Positions 48,913-58,473 of a DNA stretch of 64,000 nt are shown here, piece after piece. How positions within the stretch are numbered: position 1 is the stretch's first letter; the number at the start of each line of letters is the position of its first letter. The stretch is from Thermoanaerobaculia bacterium (GTDB taxonomy: Bacteria > Acidobacteriota > Thermoanaerobaculia > Multivoradales > Multivoraceae): assembly GCA_963664405.1 (NCBI GenBank), contig OY761158.1, positions 3,840,001-3,904,000 of the forward strand, in the 5' to 3' direction. The position numbers and the translations under genes were made by a program. The notes beneath the pieces were generated by a model. It saw only the letters and a program-made list of their open reading frames with translations. It had not been told where the DNA came from and ran no database searches.

Positions 48913-49913
48913 TGCTGCCACTTCCGCCGCAACGTGCTGGATGGCGACTCTCCGAAGCACTCTCTATAGGCGGTTGAGAACTCGCCAAAGTGCCAGAAGC
49001 CCCAGTCCAGTGCCACATTCGTCACCGTCGTCGAACCTCGGGTGGCAGTCTCCAGGGCGCGTCGCGCTTGGTGAAGTCGGACCCGCTTCACGAAGCTCAT
49101 CGGCGATATCCCCAGCGCCGCGTGAAAGGCCGTCTGAAGGGTTCTCTCGCTCACTCGGGCGGCCTCGCACAGATCAGCCACGTAGAGGCGTTGATTGGGA
49201 TCGGCAAGAGCACGTTTCTCGGCGAGTCGAACGATTCGGCTATAGCGCCCCCGCGTCGCGTCGCTGCGGGAGGGCTCGGGCGCCTCAGCCGTGGACAGCG
49301 CCTCCAGTAGTGCCTCGATGACTTCGACTTCAGCAGATTCTCTCAGATCAGGGCGTTCGTCGAAGAGCTGCGGGCGACGCTCGGCGACCACCGAGAGGCG
49401 GTGGCACAGCTCATAGAGCGATCGATTACCTGGCACGTTTACGCGCATTCGTGCCATTCCGGAAGGAACTGCGAAGTTTCGCACGCGACGACGACGACGG
49501 AGTTGTTCGAGGAGCCGTGCCGGCGGGAGCATGATCATCACGCTCCGATAGCCTCGCTCGACGACGACCTCGCTCACTGATCCCGGTGCCCCGACAACCA
49601 ACTCGTCCGGCCGCATGGCGATTCCGTTCAACCGCCCTCGAGCTTTCGGCGCCACCACCTGGAACCCCACCAGGCCCGCGGCCACCGTGGTGCGGGAGCG
49701 GAGTCGCGCCTTGACTCGGTGAACGACGACAAGGCAATTCGCAAGTCTTATCGCGACCCGACGCGCCCGGAAGGGAGCGGCATCCAGGTGGATGACCTCT
49801 TGGTAGACTGCCTCGAAGCCTTCACTGGATTTGGTGGGTACCTTGACATCGAAGACGGTCACCGCCGCCGCTTCTGGCTCGGTGGCAAGATTGCTGAGTG
49901 GCTTCACAGACAT
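48909..49913 (-). CDS. AraC-family transcriptional regulator (EutR-like)
   Basis: LCEAARVSERTLQTAF...GISP..F...RL and VTNVALDWGFWHFGEFS..YR..FGESPS; divergent from the sulfatase gene. Confidence 0.92.
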   Translation of the reverse strand: MSVKPLSNLATEPEAAAVTVFDVKVPTKSSEGFEAVYQEVIHLDAAPFRARRVAIRLANCLVVVHRVKARLRSRTTVAAGLVGFQVVAPKARGRLNGIAMRPDELVVGAPGSVSEVVVERGYRSVMIMLPPARLLEQLRRRRRVRNFAVPSGMARMRVNVPGNRSLYELCHRLSVVAERRPQLFDERPDLRESAEVEVIEALLEALSTAEAPEPSRSDATRGRYSRIVRLAEKRALADPNQRLYVADLCEAARVSERTLQTAFHAALGISPMSFVKRVRLHQARRALETATRGSTTVTNVALDWGFWHFGEFSTAYRECFGESPSSTLRRKWQH

Positions 49914-50010
49914 CGAGATTATCGCGGAATTCCGATAGCTTGCACTTCGGCAGCTGCCTAAGATGAGCCATCTTACTTACTCTCGAGTAAGGGGCGCAGG
50001 GGGGGGAATT

Positions 50011-51813
50011 GTGAACAGTGAGTCGTCGATCCACCGGCACACGATCGTAGTTTTGATAGCCATCGCGCTGGCGACCACCGCGATGGCACAAGAGGATGCA
50101 CGACCGAATATCGTCATCCTCCTTGCCGACGACATGGGATTTGCGGACCTCGGGTCTTTCGGTGGCGAGATCGCCACTCCGAATATCGACGCCCTGGCCA
50201 CCGCCGGCGTTCGCTTCACCAACTTCTATACCCACGCCAGCTGCTCGCCCACCAGGTCGCTGCTGCTGTCCGGAGTCGACACCCACCTCAACGGCCTCGG
50301 CAACATGAGCGAGTGGACTGCCCCCAACCAGCGGGGCGTGCCGGGCTACGAGGGATACCTCAACGATCGGGTCGCGACCCTACCCCAGCTCCTCCGCGGG
50401 GCCGGTTACCACACCTACATGACCGGCAAGTGGCATATGGGAAAGGCGCCGGACAAGATCCCCGCCGCGCGCGGCTTCGAGCGAGACTTCTCACTCCTGG
50501 ACGGCGGCGGAAACTACTGGGACATGACCAACGTCGTCGCCGCCTCGCCTAGGCTGGTCTTTACCGAGGACGGAAGCTACTTGAAGAGTCTTCCGCCGGA
50601 CTACTACGCGACCAGAACTTATACCGACAAGATGATCGAGTACATCGAATCGAATCGAGAGGACGGAAAACCGTTCTTCGCCTACGTTGCCCACCAGGCA
50701 CCTCACGACCCCTACCATCTGCCTCGCGAGTGGCGAAAGCGCCACGTTGGCGAGTACGACAAGGCCTGGGACGCGGTACGTCAAGAGCGGCTTGCCCGGC
50801 AGATCGAGCTCGGCATCGTTCCCGAGGGAACCGAGCTGTCGGAACGGATGTGGTTCGTTCCTGACCCTACGGTCCTTGCACCAGCGTCACGGGCCACTCT
50901 CGGCATGAAGATGGAGCTTTACGCCGGGATGGTAGAGAACATGGATTTTCACATAGGGCGTTTGATCGAATACTTGAAGCAGATCAACGAGTACGACAAC
51001 ACGATTTTCATCGTCTTCGGCGACAACGGCGCCGAGGGGACCGACCTCTTCGCGATGATCGCCGGTAGTCCCGGGACGTTGAACTACCTCTGGGCAGCCG
51101 TCAATTGGTCGCAGACCCATCCCAACTCCTGGGGTGATCCCGGCTCGTTCGTCGGCTATGGACCGATGTGGGCACAGGTATCGATGACTCCCTTCAGCCA
51201 ATACAAAGGTTGGCTTGCCGAGGGAGGCATCCGCAATGCCCTCATCGTCAGCGGTCCGGTGAGCCGGAGATCGGCAGGGAGTATCAACCACAGCTTCCTG
51301 CATGTGGCCGACATCATGCCGACCCTGCTGGAGGTCGCTGCCGTCGACTATCCCGAAGCGCTGAATGGCCAGGCCTTACCACCCCTGATCGGGAAGTCCT
51401 GGGTTCCGCTGCTGTCGGGCGAGACCGAGTCTCCGAGGACCGACGAAGACTGGATGGCATGGGAGCTATTCGGCAACCGTGCCCTGCGTCAGGGAAGCTG
51501 GAAGCTACGCTGGCAGTCGAGGCCTTTCGGCAAGGGAGACTGGGAGCTCTTCGATCTCGCGAAGGATGTAGCGGAGCGTCACGATCTCGCTCGAGAGCGG
51601 CCCGAAAAACTAGCGGAAATGACCGGGCTGTGGGAGGAGTACGCCGCCACCAACAACGTGATACTGCCCAGCCGCTCGGTGTACGAAGACCTGCAAAACA
51701 CCCTCCCGACGCGCTTTCCGCAAGTGCCGGGCTACCCACCGCTGATTTACAAAGGCCAGTTCGTCCCGCCACCGGAGATGATGGCCGAGCCAAAAGAAGG
51801 GAGCCACCCTTGA
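50011..51813 (+). CDS. Arylsulfatase (Cys-type formylglycine sulfatase)
   Basis: RPNIVILLADD, CSPTRSLLLSG (CxPxR), GKWHMG, APHDP and GDNG motifs; signal peptide. Confidence 0.95.
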   Translation: MNSESSIHRHTIVVLIAIALATTAMAQEDARPNIVILLADDMGFADLGSFGGEIATPNIDALATAGVRFTNFYTHASCSPTRSLLLSGVDTHLNGLGNMSEWTAPNQRGVPGYEGYLNDRVATLPQLLRGAGYHTYMTGKWHMGKAPDKIPAARGFERDFSLLDGGGNYWDMTNVVAASPRLVFTEDGSYLKSLPPDYYATRTYTDKMIEYIESNREDGKPFFAYVAHQAPHDPYHLPREWRKRHVGEYDKAWDAVRQERLARQIELGIVPEGTELSERMWFVPDPTVLAPASRATLGMKMELYAGMVENMDFHIGRLIEYLKQINEYDNTIFIVFGDNGAEGTDLFAMIAGSPGTLNYLWAAVNWSQTHPNSWGDPGSFVGYGPMWAQVSMTPFSQYKGWLAEGGIRNALIVSGPVSRRSAGSINHSFLHVADIMPTLLEVAAVDYPEALNGQALPPLIGKSWVPLLSGETESPRTDEDWMAWELFGNRALRQGSWKLRWQSRPFGKGDWELFDLAKDVAERHDLARERPEKLAEMTGLWEEYAATNNVILPSRSVYEDLQNTLPTRFPQVPGYPPLIYKGQFVPPPEMMAEPKEGSHP

Positions 51814-52787
51814 AGCACGCTCTGTCGCCTTCTCGTCTCGCTAGCGGCTTCGCGTTCGTGCTCTGTCTTGTCCCGATGCTGGCCTCCGCGCAGGTCCCGC
51901 CCCGCTTTTACTGGAAGACACTTTCCGGCGCCAACGCTTTCCCGCTCATCTATCTGTCCGTGAGCGGCAACAGTAATCCTTTTGACCCGGCTCACGTGGT
52001 GAGCGACATCGAGTTCGAGGCCGAGGTCTTCATGGTCGGCTACGCCAAGGTGTTTACTCTTTTTGACCGCTCCGCGACGGTGGCGGTGCTGGAGACCATG
52101 GGCCGCGTCACCGCAGACACGAGGCTGGGAGGGCTCGGCGCCATCGAGCAGACCACCGGTTTCGGCGATCCGCTGGTGGAGCTCGCGATCGGCTTACTCG
52201 GCCCGCCGCCGATCAAGAACATGCCCGACCTGTTGCGCTACGAGCCGGGGTTCTCGCTCGATCTCTTGGTCGACCTCGTGCTGCCGATCGGCGAGTACGA
52301 CCGGGAGGCGGCAGTGAATCTCGGTCAGAACCGATGGTACGGCCGGGTCGGTTTCCCCATCGTCTGGCAGCTCAGCCGGTGGGTGCCGGGCAAGCGGACT
52401 ACGCTCGAGCTCTTGCCCTCACTCTGGCTCTACGGCGACAACGACGACTTTCAGGGTGCCACTCTGGAGACCGATCCCATGTTCCAGGTTGAGGGGCATC
52501 TCACTCGAGATTTTGGCGAGTCTTTCTGGGCTTCACTCGATTCGACCTTGATGACCGGCGGAAAATCCACCATTCAGGGGCATGTCGGCGAATCGTTGAG
52601 TAACCTTGGGGTGGGATTCACCATGGGTTATCAGCTCTCCGAGAATCTCCAGATGACCGCCGGCTACATGGCCTCTATTGACGACAGCGCTCCGACCGAT
52701 CTACGGATGGATGTGTTCAAGGTCTCTCTCGTCTACGGATGGCACAAGATCATCGAAGGTATGGGGCGGTTAGGAAGCGCCGAGTAG
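51810..52787 (+). CDS. Outer-membrane transporter, phenol-degradation MetA-like (PF13557-type)
   Basis: TTG start overlapping the sulfatase stop, signal peptide, GFGDP, P.GEYD...NLGQNRW and beta strands. Confidence 0.8.
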   Translation: MKHALSPSRLASGFAFVLCLVPMLASAQVPPRFYWKTLSGANAFPLIYLSVSGNSNPFDPAHVVSDIEFEAEVFMVGYAKVFTLFDRSATVAVLETMGRVTADTRLGGLGAIEQTTGFGDPLVELAIGLLGPPPIKNMPDLLRYEPGFSLDLLVDLVLPIGEYDREAAVNLGQNRWYGRVGFPIVWQLSRWVPGKRTTLELLPSLWLYGDNDDFQGATLETDPMFQVEGHLTRDFGESFWASLDSTLMTGGKSTIQGHVGESLSNLGVGFTMGYQLSENLQMTAGYMASIDDSAPTDLRMDVFKVSLVYGWHKIIEGMGRLGSAE

Positions 52788-52816
52788 GGGCGGCATCGAG
52801 GGGAGGGAACAGGCTG

Positions 52817-53794
52817 ATGAAGATGGAGCAGGTCAGCGAGCGTTGCTTTGCGGTCCTCAACGAGAAGAACCGTATCTGTGATGCGAATTCCGGATTGATC
52901 AATGTCGGTGGCGGGATGGTCATCGACACGCAGTCCGACCTCGCTCATGCCCGTCAGATGATCGAGATGTTCGGGAAAGTGTGGCCCGCACTTCCGCGGC
53001 GGGTGGTCAACACCCACGAAGATGCCGACCATGTGTATGGCAATCAGCTCTTCGAGGGAGCGGAGATCATCGGGCAACGAAGCGTCCCCGAGCGCATGAA
53101 GGCGGTGGCGGAGCCAGGGGATTTCCAGAAGCTGATGCGGATGGGGACCGGCCGTCTCAGCGGACCGCTTCTGCGTCTGATTCATCCCGGTGTGGTCGCC
53201 GCGGCTTGGCAACTGCAGGAGGATTACGACTTCGCCGGCGTCGAGCTCGTTCCTCCGACCACTCTCTTCGACGATCGCATGGTGGTGAACCTCGACGATC
53301 TCGAAGTGCACCTCATCCACGTCGGCCCCTGTCATCAAGTATGCGATTCGATCGTCTGGGTGCCTGCCGAGCGAGTCCTGTTCGCGGGCGACGTGATCTT
53401 CCGTCTTTGCACGCCCATGGGCTGGGTCGGCACCTACGAGGGTTGGCTGGAGTGCCTCGATTTGATCGTCGAGCTCGACCCGTTGGTCATCGTGCCTGGG
53501 CATGGACCCGTCTCCGATGTCGAGGGCGCCAAGAGCATGAAGGCCTATCTCGAGTACGTCCGGGAGGAGTCGGGTAAGTTCTACGAAGAGCGGGTCTCGG
53601 CGAGCGATGCCGCTCGAAGGATCGATCTCGGCCCCTACGCGGACTGGATGAGCCCTGAGCGGGCGTATCTCAATATCGAGCGCGCCTATCGCGAGCTTCG
53701 GGGGGACCCCGCAGACCAGCCATGGGATCAGATGAAGGTCTTCGACGAGCTCTATGCGATCGCCAAATCGAGGGGGGTGGCCCCCGTCTTCTGA
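52817..53794 (+). CDS. MBL-fold metallo-hydrolase
   Basis: ANSG, IDTQ, NTHEDADHVYGN (HxxxDH variant), LFAGD and IVPGHG motifs. Confidence 0.9.
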   Translation: MKMEQVSERCFAVLNEKNRICDANSGLINVGGGMVIDTQSDLAHARQMIEMFGKVWPALPRRVVNTHEDADHVYGNQLFEGAEIIGQRSVPERMKAVAEPGDFQKLMRMGTGRLSGPLLRLIHPGVVAAAWQLQEDYDFAGVELVPPTTLFDDRMVVNLDDLEVHLIHVGPCHQVCDSIVWVPAERVLFAGDVIFRLCTPMGWVGTYEGWLECLDLIVELDPLVIVPGHGPVSDVEGAKSMKAYLEYVREESGKFYEERVSASDAARRIDLGPYADWMSPERAYLNIERAYRELRGDPADQPWDQMKVFDELYAIAKSRGVAPVF

Positions 53795-53868
53795 CGACGT
53801 AGTAACCTCGCTGGGTCGTTCTGAAGCGAACCCCGCCCAGTGAAGATCGTCAGGGGTCGCCGCTGACC

Positions 53869-55098
53869 ATGGTGAAAGTAGACGAGATCGAGATCCGGCC
53901 CGCTACCGCCGAAGAGATGCCGCAGCTCGGCCTTCTCGGCGGCTACGTCTACGGTGGAACCTTCGGCGATGGGCCCGACAACGTCATCAGCCAGTCCAAC
54001 CGGCCCGAGTGGACGCTCTGTGCCTTCGACGGCGATCGCATGGTGGCGAGCTGGTCCGTGCTTCCCTTCACCATGCGAGCCAACGGCAATGCGCTCGCCC
54101 TGGCCGGCGTGTCCGCGGTCGGCACCCTGCCGGAGTACCGACGCCGGGGCCTGGTGCGACGCATCAGTACGCAATCCCTGGGACAGATGCGCGAACGGGG
54201 GCAATCGGTCGCGGCGCTATGGGCGTCCCAGGCCGCGATCTATCAACGTTACGGCTACGCTCAGGCCACGATGAATCGCACCTACACCGTCGACACGGTG
54301 GACATCCGCTTTCACGACGGAGACCCCGGATCCGACCGCGTGGAGCGCCTGGACGTCACCGCAGGGTACGACTTGGCGAAGCGCGTCTACATCGACTTCG
54401 TTGCCGAGCGCATGGGTTACATACATCGCGGCAAGGCGCTGTGGCTGAATAACGCTCTCGCCTCCCGAGACCAGGACGGACCTGTCCACATCGCGGTGAG
54501 CCGCAACGTCGACGGCGAGCCTTCGGGCTATGTCGTCTATACCCTTCGAGCCGGGCGAGTCGATCATCCGGCGCGGCCCCAGGAGATCGTCATTCGTGAT
54601 CTCGCCTGGCTGTCCCTGGACGCCTATCGTTCACTATGGAGTTGGATCGCTCGCCACGATCTGGTCGGCCGCGTCCGATGGTCGAACGCTCCCATCGACG
54701 ATCCGGCGGCCGAGCTCTTCATGGAGCCGCGACTGCTCAACTCTCTGGATCGTGAAGGCCTTTGGTTTCGGATGGTGGATGTACCTCGTGCGCTCGAAGG
54801 TCGCGGCTACGACGAGGCCGGGGAGATTACGATCGAGGTCACTGAGGACCCGGTGGCGCCGTGGAATCCGGGTACCTATTGCCTCGAGACCTCCGCCGAG
54901 GGCGCGCAGGCGGCGACCACCTCTCGTTCCCCAGACATCCAGTTGTCAGTGAAGGCGCTAGCTTCGCTCTACACAGGCTTCCGATCCGCCCGCCAGTTGG
55001 CCGCCTGGGGTCTCATGGTGGGCAGCGACGAGGCCGTTCGGCGTGCCGATGTCATCTTCGCCACGCGCCACGCCGCTCACTGCCCGGACTCCTTTTAG
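53869..55098 (+). CDS. Eis-like GNAT acetyltransferase with C-terminal SCP2-like domain
   Basis: GVSAVGTLPEYRRRGL, ALWASQAAIYQRYGY, LWFRMVDVPRALEGRGY, LASLYTG and terminal CPDSF motifs. Confidence 0.92.
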   Translation: MVKVDEIEIRPATAEEMPQLGLLGGYVYGGTFGDGPDNVISQSNRPEWTLCAFDGDRMVASWSVLPFTMRANGNALALAGVSAVGTLPEYRRRGLVRRISTQSLGQMRERGQSVAALWASQAAIYQRYGYAQATMNRTYTVDTVDIRFHDGDPGSDRVERLDVTAGYDLAKRVYIDFVAERMGYIHRGKALWLNNALASRDQDGPVHIAVSRNVDGEPSGYVVYTLRAGRVDHPARPQEIVIRDLAWLSLDAYRSLWSWIARHDLVGRVRWSNAPIDDPAAELFMEPRLLNSLDREGLWFRMVDVPRALEGRGYDEAGEITIEVTEDPVAPWNPGTYCLETSAEGAQAATTSRSPDIQLSVKALASLYTGFRSARQLAAWGLMVGSDEAVRRADVIFATRHAAHCPDSF

Positions 55099-55264
55099 CC
55101 TCGACCCGCTCAGCCGAAGAGAAAACGAAGAGCGGCATAAGCGCGTGCCGTGCCGACCAGGGCGAGGATCGAGATGGCAACAGGCCCGCGCGCGTCTCGC
55201 GGGAGAGGGCGTAGCCGGGCGGCGACCGCGCCGACGATGGCAAAGGGCGGCCCTGAGCCCTCGA

Positions 55265-55280
55265 GCACGAAACTTCGTGC
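55265..55280. repeat. Palindrome GCACGAAACTTCGTGC; its first 15 nt are identical to 58322-58336
   Basis: Direct comparison of the two sites. Confidence 0.8.
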
Positions 55281-55322
55281 CCCGGGGTGCCAGGGGAGTT
55301 GGGCGCGTCCCTATTTGACGCC

Positions 55323-56762
55323 TCAGGCGCCAGGTCCTTCCGACCTGTCGGCGGGTGGACACCAGGTAAAAACTTTGAGCTTCTTCGCGAGATCGCGAAG
55401 AGCTGCGCGGATCCCTTCCTCTATGACCGGGTGATAGACCGGCATCTCCAGGATGTGATTTATGGTCAGTCCCTGCTGAACCGCCCAAGCGAGTAGGTGT
55501 GATGTGTGCTCGACTCTCGGACCGAACATCTCCGCTCCCAGAAGCCTACAGCTGGTGCGCGAGCCGTACACGTGCACGAGGCCGCGATTCTTTCCCATTA
55601 CCCGCGCTCGCCCCTGGTTGTCGTAGGAAGCAGCTCCGACTTCGATCTCCGACGAGCTGAGGTCCGCGAAGCGCTCGCCGACCAGAGCCATCTGTGGATC
55701 GGTGAAGGCGATCATCAGGCGTGTGCGACGCACCGATGCTGCCACCTCCGGCCAGCGCGCAGCATTGGCTCCGGCGATGCGGCCCTCGTCGGCGGCCTCG
55801 TGGAGTACCGCGCGATGTGCACTGACGTCCCCAGCGATGAAGATCGGAAGGTCTCCGCACTGCGTCGTTGTCGGGTCCCACGATGGCAGGCCGTTGGGGT
55901 CGAGCTGGCAGCCCGCCGTCTCCAAGCCCAGCCCAGAGAGGTTGGGACGGCGCCCAGTGGCAGCGAGAATGCAGTCGAAGCGCTCCTCGTGCTCCGCGCC
56001 CTGGGGGTCGCGGTAACGGAGAGAGAACCCGTCTCCGCTGCGCTCGGCACCCAGGAGCTCGGTCTCGAGGTGCAGGGTCAGCTCTTGGTCGAAGGTCTGG
56101 CGGGCTGCCGCACGGAGGGCCGGGTCGGTCAGTGGCCCGAGGCTCGAGCGTGGATTGAAGAGGGCGACGCGGACACCGAGCCGATGAAGAGCCTGTCCCA
56201 GCTCCAGCCCCATGGCGCCGGTGCCTACGACCGCCACCGAATCGGGCAGCTCGGTGAGCTCGAAGACGTCGTCATTGACCATAACCTCTTCGCGCACCGC
56301 ATCGAGCTCGTCAGGGACACGGGGCGAAGATCCGGTCGCAACGACTACCGATTTCGCCTCGACGCGAGTGTGGTCTCCCACTTCGAGAGTCGTGGTGCCG
56401 ACGAAGTGGGCTCGACCCCTAAGCCTATTTTGCTCCGGCAGAGCCTCGGTCGCGTCGGCGGCGAAGCCTGCGAATCGATCTCGTTCGCTTCGGACGCGGG
56501 CCATCACCGCCGCTCCGTTGATTTTCCACCCGTCTTCGGCGACGTCGATACCGAAGCGCTCCGCCTCGCGCACCTCCTGCGCCGCGTCAGCGGCGGCGAT
56601 GAGGAGCTTCGACGGCATGCAACCCACTCTGGCGCACATGGTGCCGTAGGGGCCGGATTCGATGAGGACCCAGCTCGCACCCGCAGAAGCCGCCTCGCGC
56701 TGGGCGTTGAGGCCGGCAGTACCCGCCCCGATAATGGCGACATCGACTTTGAGTACTTCCAT
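55323..56762 (-). CDS. Dihydrolipoyl dehydrogenase-like pyridine nucleotide-disulfide oxidoreductase
   Basis: IIGAGTAG, GTMCARVGCMPSK (redox disulfide), VVGTGAMGLE, FIAGD and YHPVIEE motifs. Confidence 0.9.
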   Translation of the reverse strand: MEVLKVDVAIIGAGTAGLNAQREAASAGASWVLIESGPYGTMCARVGCMPSKLLIAAADAAQEVREAERFGIDVAEDGWKINGAAVMARVRSERDRFAGFAADATEALPEQNRLRGRAHFVGTTTLEVGDHTRVEAKSVVVATGSSPRVPDELDAVREEVMVNDDVFELTELPDSVAVVGTGAMGLELGQALHRLGVRVALFNPRSSLGPLTDPALRAAARQTFDQELTLHLETELLGAERSGDGFSLRYRDPQGAEHEERFDCILAATGRRPNLSGLGLETAGCQLDPNGLPSWDPTTTQCGDLPIFIAGDVSAHRAVLHEAADEGRIAGANAARWPEVAASVRRTRLMIAFTDPQMALVGERFADLSSSEIEVGAASYDNQGRARVMGKNRGLVHVYGSRTSCRLLGAEMFGPRVEHTSHLLAWAVQQGLTINHILEMPVYHPVIEEGIRAALRDLAKKLKVFTWCPPADRSEGPGA

Positions 56763-56802
56763 GAAAATTCTCCTAGGAGATGGTCGGTCCGGCTGAGTTC
56801 GA

Positions 56803-58272
56803 TTAGCCCCGCCGGAGGCCGAGTTTCTTGATCCGCGATGCAAGAGTCGTGGGCTTGATGCCAAGGAGGTCGGCAGCGGCGCCGGAACCGTAGACCTTCC
56901 AGTCTGTTGTCTCCAGCGCCGCCAGAATGTTGTCGCGCTCTCGCCGCCTCATCTCGGCCTCAGAAAGGATACCGGGCATCGCGGGCGGGTCTGGAGTGCC
57001 CCCGTATCCTGGTCTCCAGGGCGCTGATGCGGCGGTGGTCGGCAGATCGAAGAATAGAGCTCCTTCGCGAGCTGTGATCACCGCACGCTCGAGAACATTC
57101 CGCAGCTCGCGAACATTACCCGGCCAGTCGTAGGCGCGGAGATCCTCGATATTGGCCTGGGTAAGACGCGGTTTCTCACGCCTCATCTGGGTCGCGATCG
57201 CGTCGAGGAGGTGACTGGCCAGGAGCTTCAGGTCGTCTTTGCGCTCGCGCAGTGGGGGGACCGTGATCGGGAAGACGTTGAGTCGATAGTAGAGGTCCTG
57301 GCGGAAGCGACCTCTCTCCACCTCTCCGGCGAGCTCCCGGTTGGTTGCGGCGATCACCCGCACGTCGACCTTGCGAGTGCGCTCGTCTCCAATGCGCTCG
57401 AACTGCCCCTCCTGCAGGACCCTGAGCAGCTTGCTCTGCATCTCCAGGGGTATTTCTCCCACCTCGTCTAGAAACAAGGTGCCTCCATGAGCGAGCTCGA
57501 AACGGCCGGCCCGGTCCTTGTGGGCTCCGGTGAACGAGCCTCGCACGTGACCGAAGAACTCGCTCTCGAAGAGGTCGCGTGGAATCGAGGCACAGTTGAC
57601 CTTGATGAGAGGTCGACCTTCACGACTGCCGGCGGAATGTAGGGCGCGGGCCACGAGCTCTTTCCCGCAACCGGTCTCGCCGCTGACGAGGACATTGGCG
57701 TCGGTCGGTGCGACCGTCTCGATCTCCTCGATCACCCGGCGAATCGCTGCCGAATCACCGACGATTTCTGAGAAGCCGTGATGGCGGCCGATCTCTTCTT
57801 GCAGATAGGTGTTCTCCGCCTCGAGCCTGTCTTTGATGGCTTCGAGCTCAGCGAGCGCTCGGGTCAGGTGTCCCTGGGTCTTCTTGATCTCGCTGAGATC
57901 GCGGAAGACGACCACGGCGCCTTCGAGCTCGCCGCCGCGGTGGATTGGTGTGCTGGTGTACTCGACAGGGAAGCTCGATCCGTCCCCTCGCCAGAACACC
58001 TCGTCATCGACGGTGTGCACGCGCCCATCCTTGAAGGCTTGATAGATCGGGCAGTTCTTCGCTTCGTAAGGACTGCCGTCCGGATGGCTGTGGTGAAGGA
58101 CGGCATGCATCGACTCTCCGAGCAGCTCCTCGGCTCCAACCTGGAGCATGCTTGCAGCGGCCGGGTTGACGAAGGTGGTTTTGCCCTCGGTGTCGAGACC
58201 GTAGATGCCTTCGCCCGCCGCCTCGAGGATGAGAGCCAGCCGTTCGTGTAGGTCGTCCTGAGGTTCGCTCAT
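56803..58272 (-). CDS. PAS-domain sigma54 enhancer-binding protein
   Basis: PAS (EGIYGLD..G..TFVNPAA...[13 protein letters not shown]), [24 protein letters not shown] and HTH ([14 protein letters not shown]). Confidence 0.95.
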   Translation of the reverse strand: MSEPQDDLHERLALILEAAGEGIYGLDTEGKTTFVNPAAASMLQVGAEELLGESMHAVLHHSHPDGSPYEAKNCPIYQAFKDGRVHTVDDEVFWRGDGSSFPVEYTSTPIHRGGELEGAVVVFRDLSEIKKTQGHLTRALAELEAIKDRLEAENTYLQEEIGRHHGFSEIVGDSAAIRRVIEEIETVAPTDANVLVSGETGCGKELVARALHSAGSREGRPLIKVNCASIPRDLFESEFFGHVRGSFTGAHKDRAGRFELAHGGTLFLDEVGEIPLEMQSKLLRVLQEGQFERIGDERTRKVDVRVIAATNRELAGEVERGRFRQDLYYRLNVFPITVPPLRERKDDLKLLASHLLDAIATQMRREKPRLTQANIEDLRAYDWPGNVRELRNVLERAVITAREGALFFDLPTTAASAPWRPGYGGTPDPPAMPGILSEAEMRRRERDNILAALETTDWKVYGSGAAADLLGIKPTTLASRIKKLGLRRG

Positions 58273-58321
58273 TCAACCCTCCTGATTCGCTTCCTTGGCC
58301 TCGATTGGAGCCTTCGAGTGT

Positions 58322-58374
58322 GCACGAAACTTCGTGATTGGGCAACGTAATGCCGTGAGCCTCGAAACTTCGGG
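58322..58374. promoter_or_regulatory. Tandem palindromic UAS candidates for the PAS-bEBP
   Basis: CACGAAACTTCGTG (58323-58336), ACGTAATGCCGT (58345-58356) and CTCGAAACTTCGGG (58361-58374), followed by an AT-rich tract and a sigma54 promoter. Confidence 0.6.
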
Positions 58375-58445
58375 CTCTCCCGACGTCGTGCCTAGAGGTT
58401 CAGAAGTAATTCATTCATAAAGGCTTATTAGGATCCATAGAAAAC

Positions 58446-58461
58446 TGGCACAGAGGTTGCG
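58446..58461 (+). promoter_or_regulatory. Sigma54 -24/-12 promoter
   Basis: TGGCACAGAGGTTGCG, a near-consensus site divergent from the bEBP gene. Confidence 0.8.
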
Positions 58462-58473
58462 GAGGGAGTCAAC

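Noticed and set aside
51168-51809. Long N-terminal extension of the MetA-like transporter (similarly 60996..61547 for YbhB)
   Set aside because: Alternate-frame overlap with the upstream gene; the signal peptide or conserved domain begins at 51810 and 61548.
55278-55292. TGGCACCCCGGGGCA (minus) as a sigma54 promoter
   Set aside because: Spacing is one base short and the TT before GC is absent.
55506-56831. 441-aa ORF antisense to the oxidoreductase (also 16892..18124, 8054..9040, 42572..43501)
   Set aside because: Shadow or alternate-frame ORFs expected in high-GC coding DNA; the overlapping genes carry the conserved motifs.
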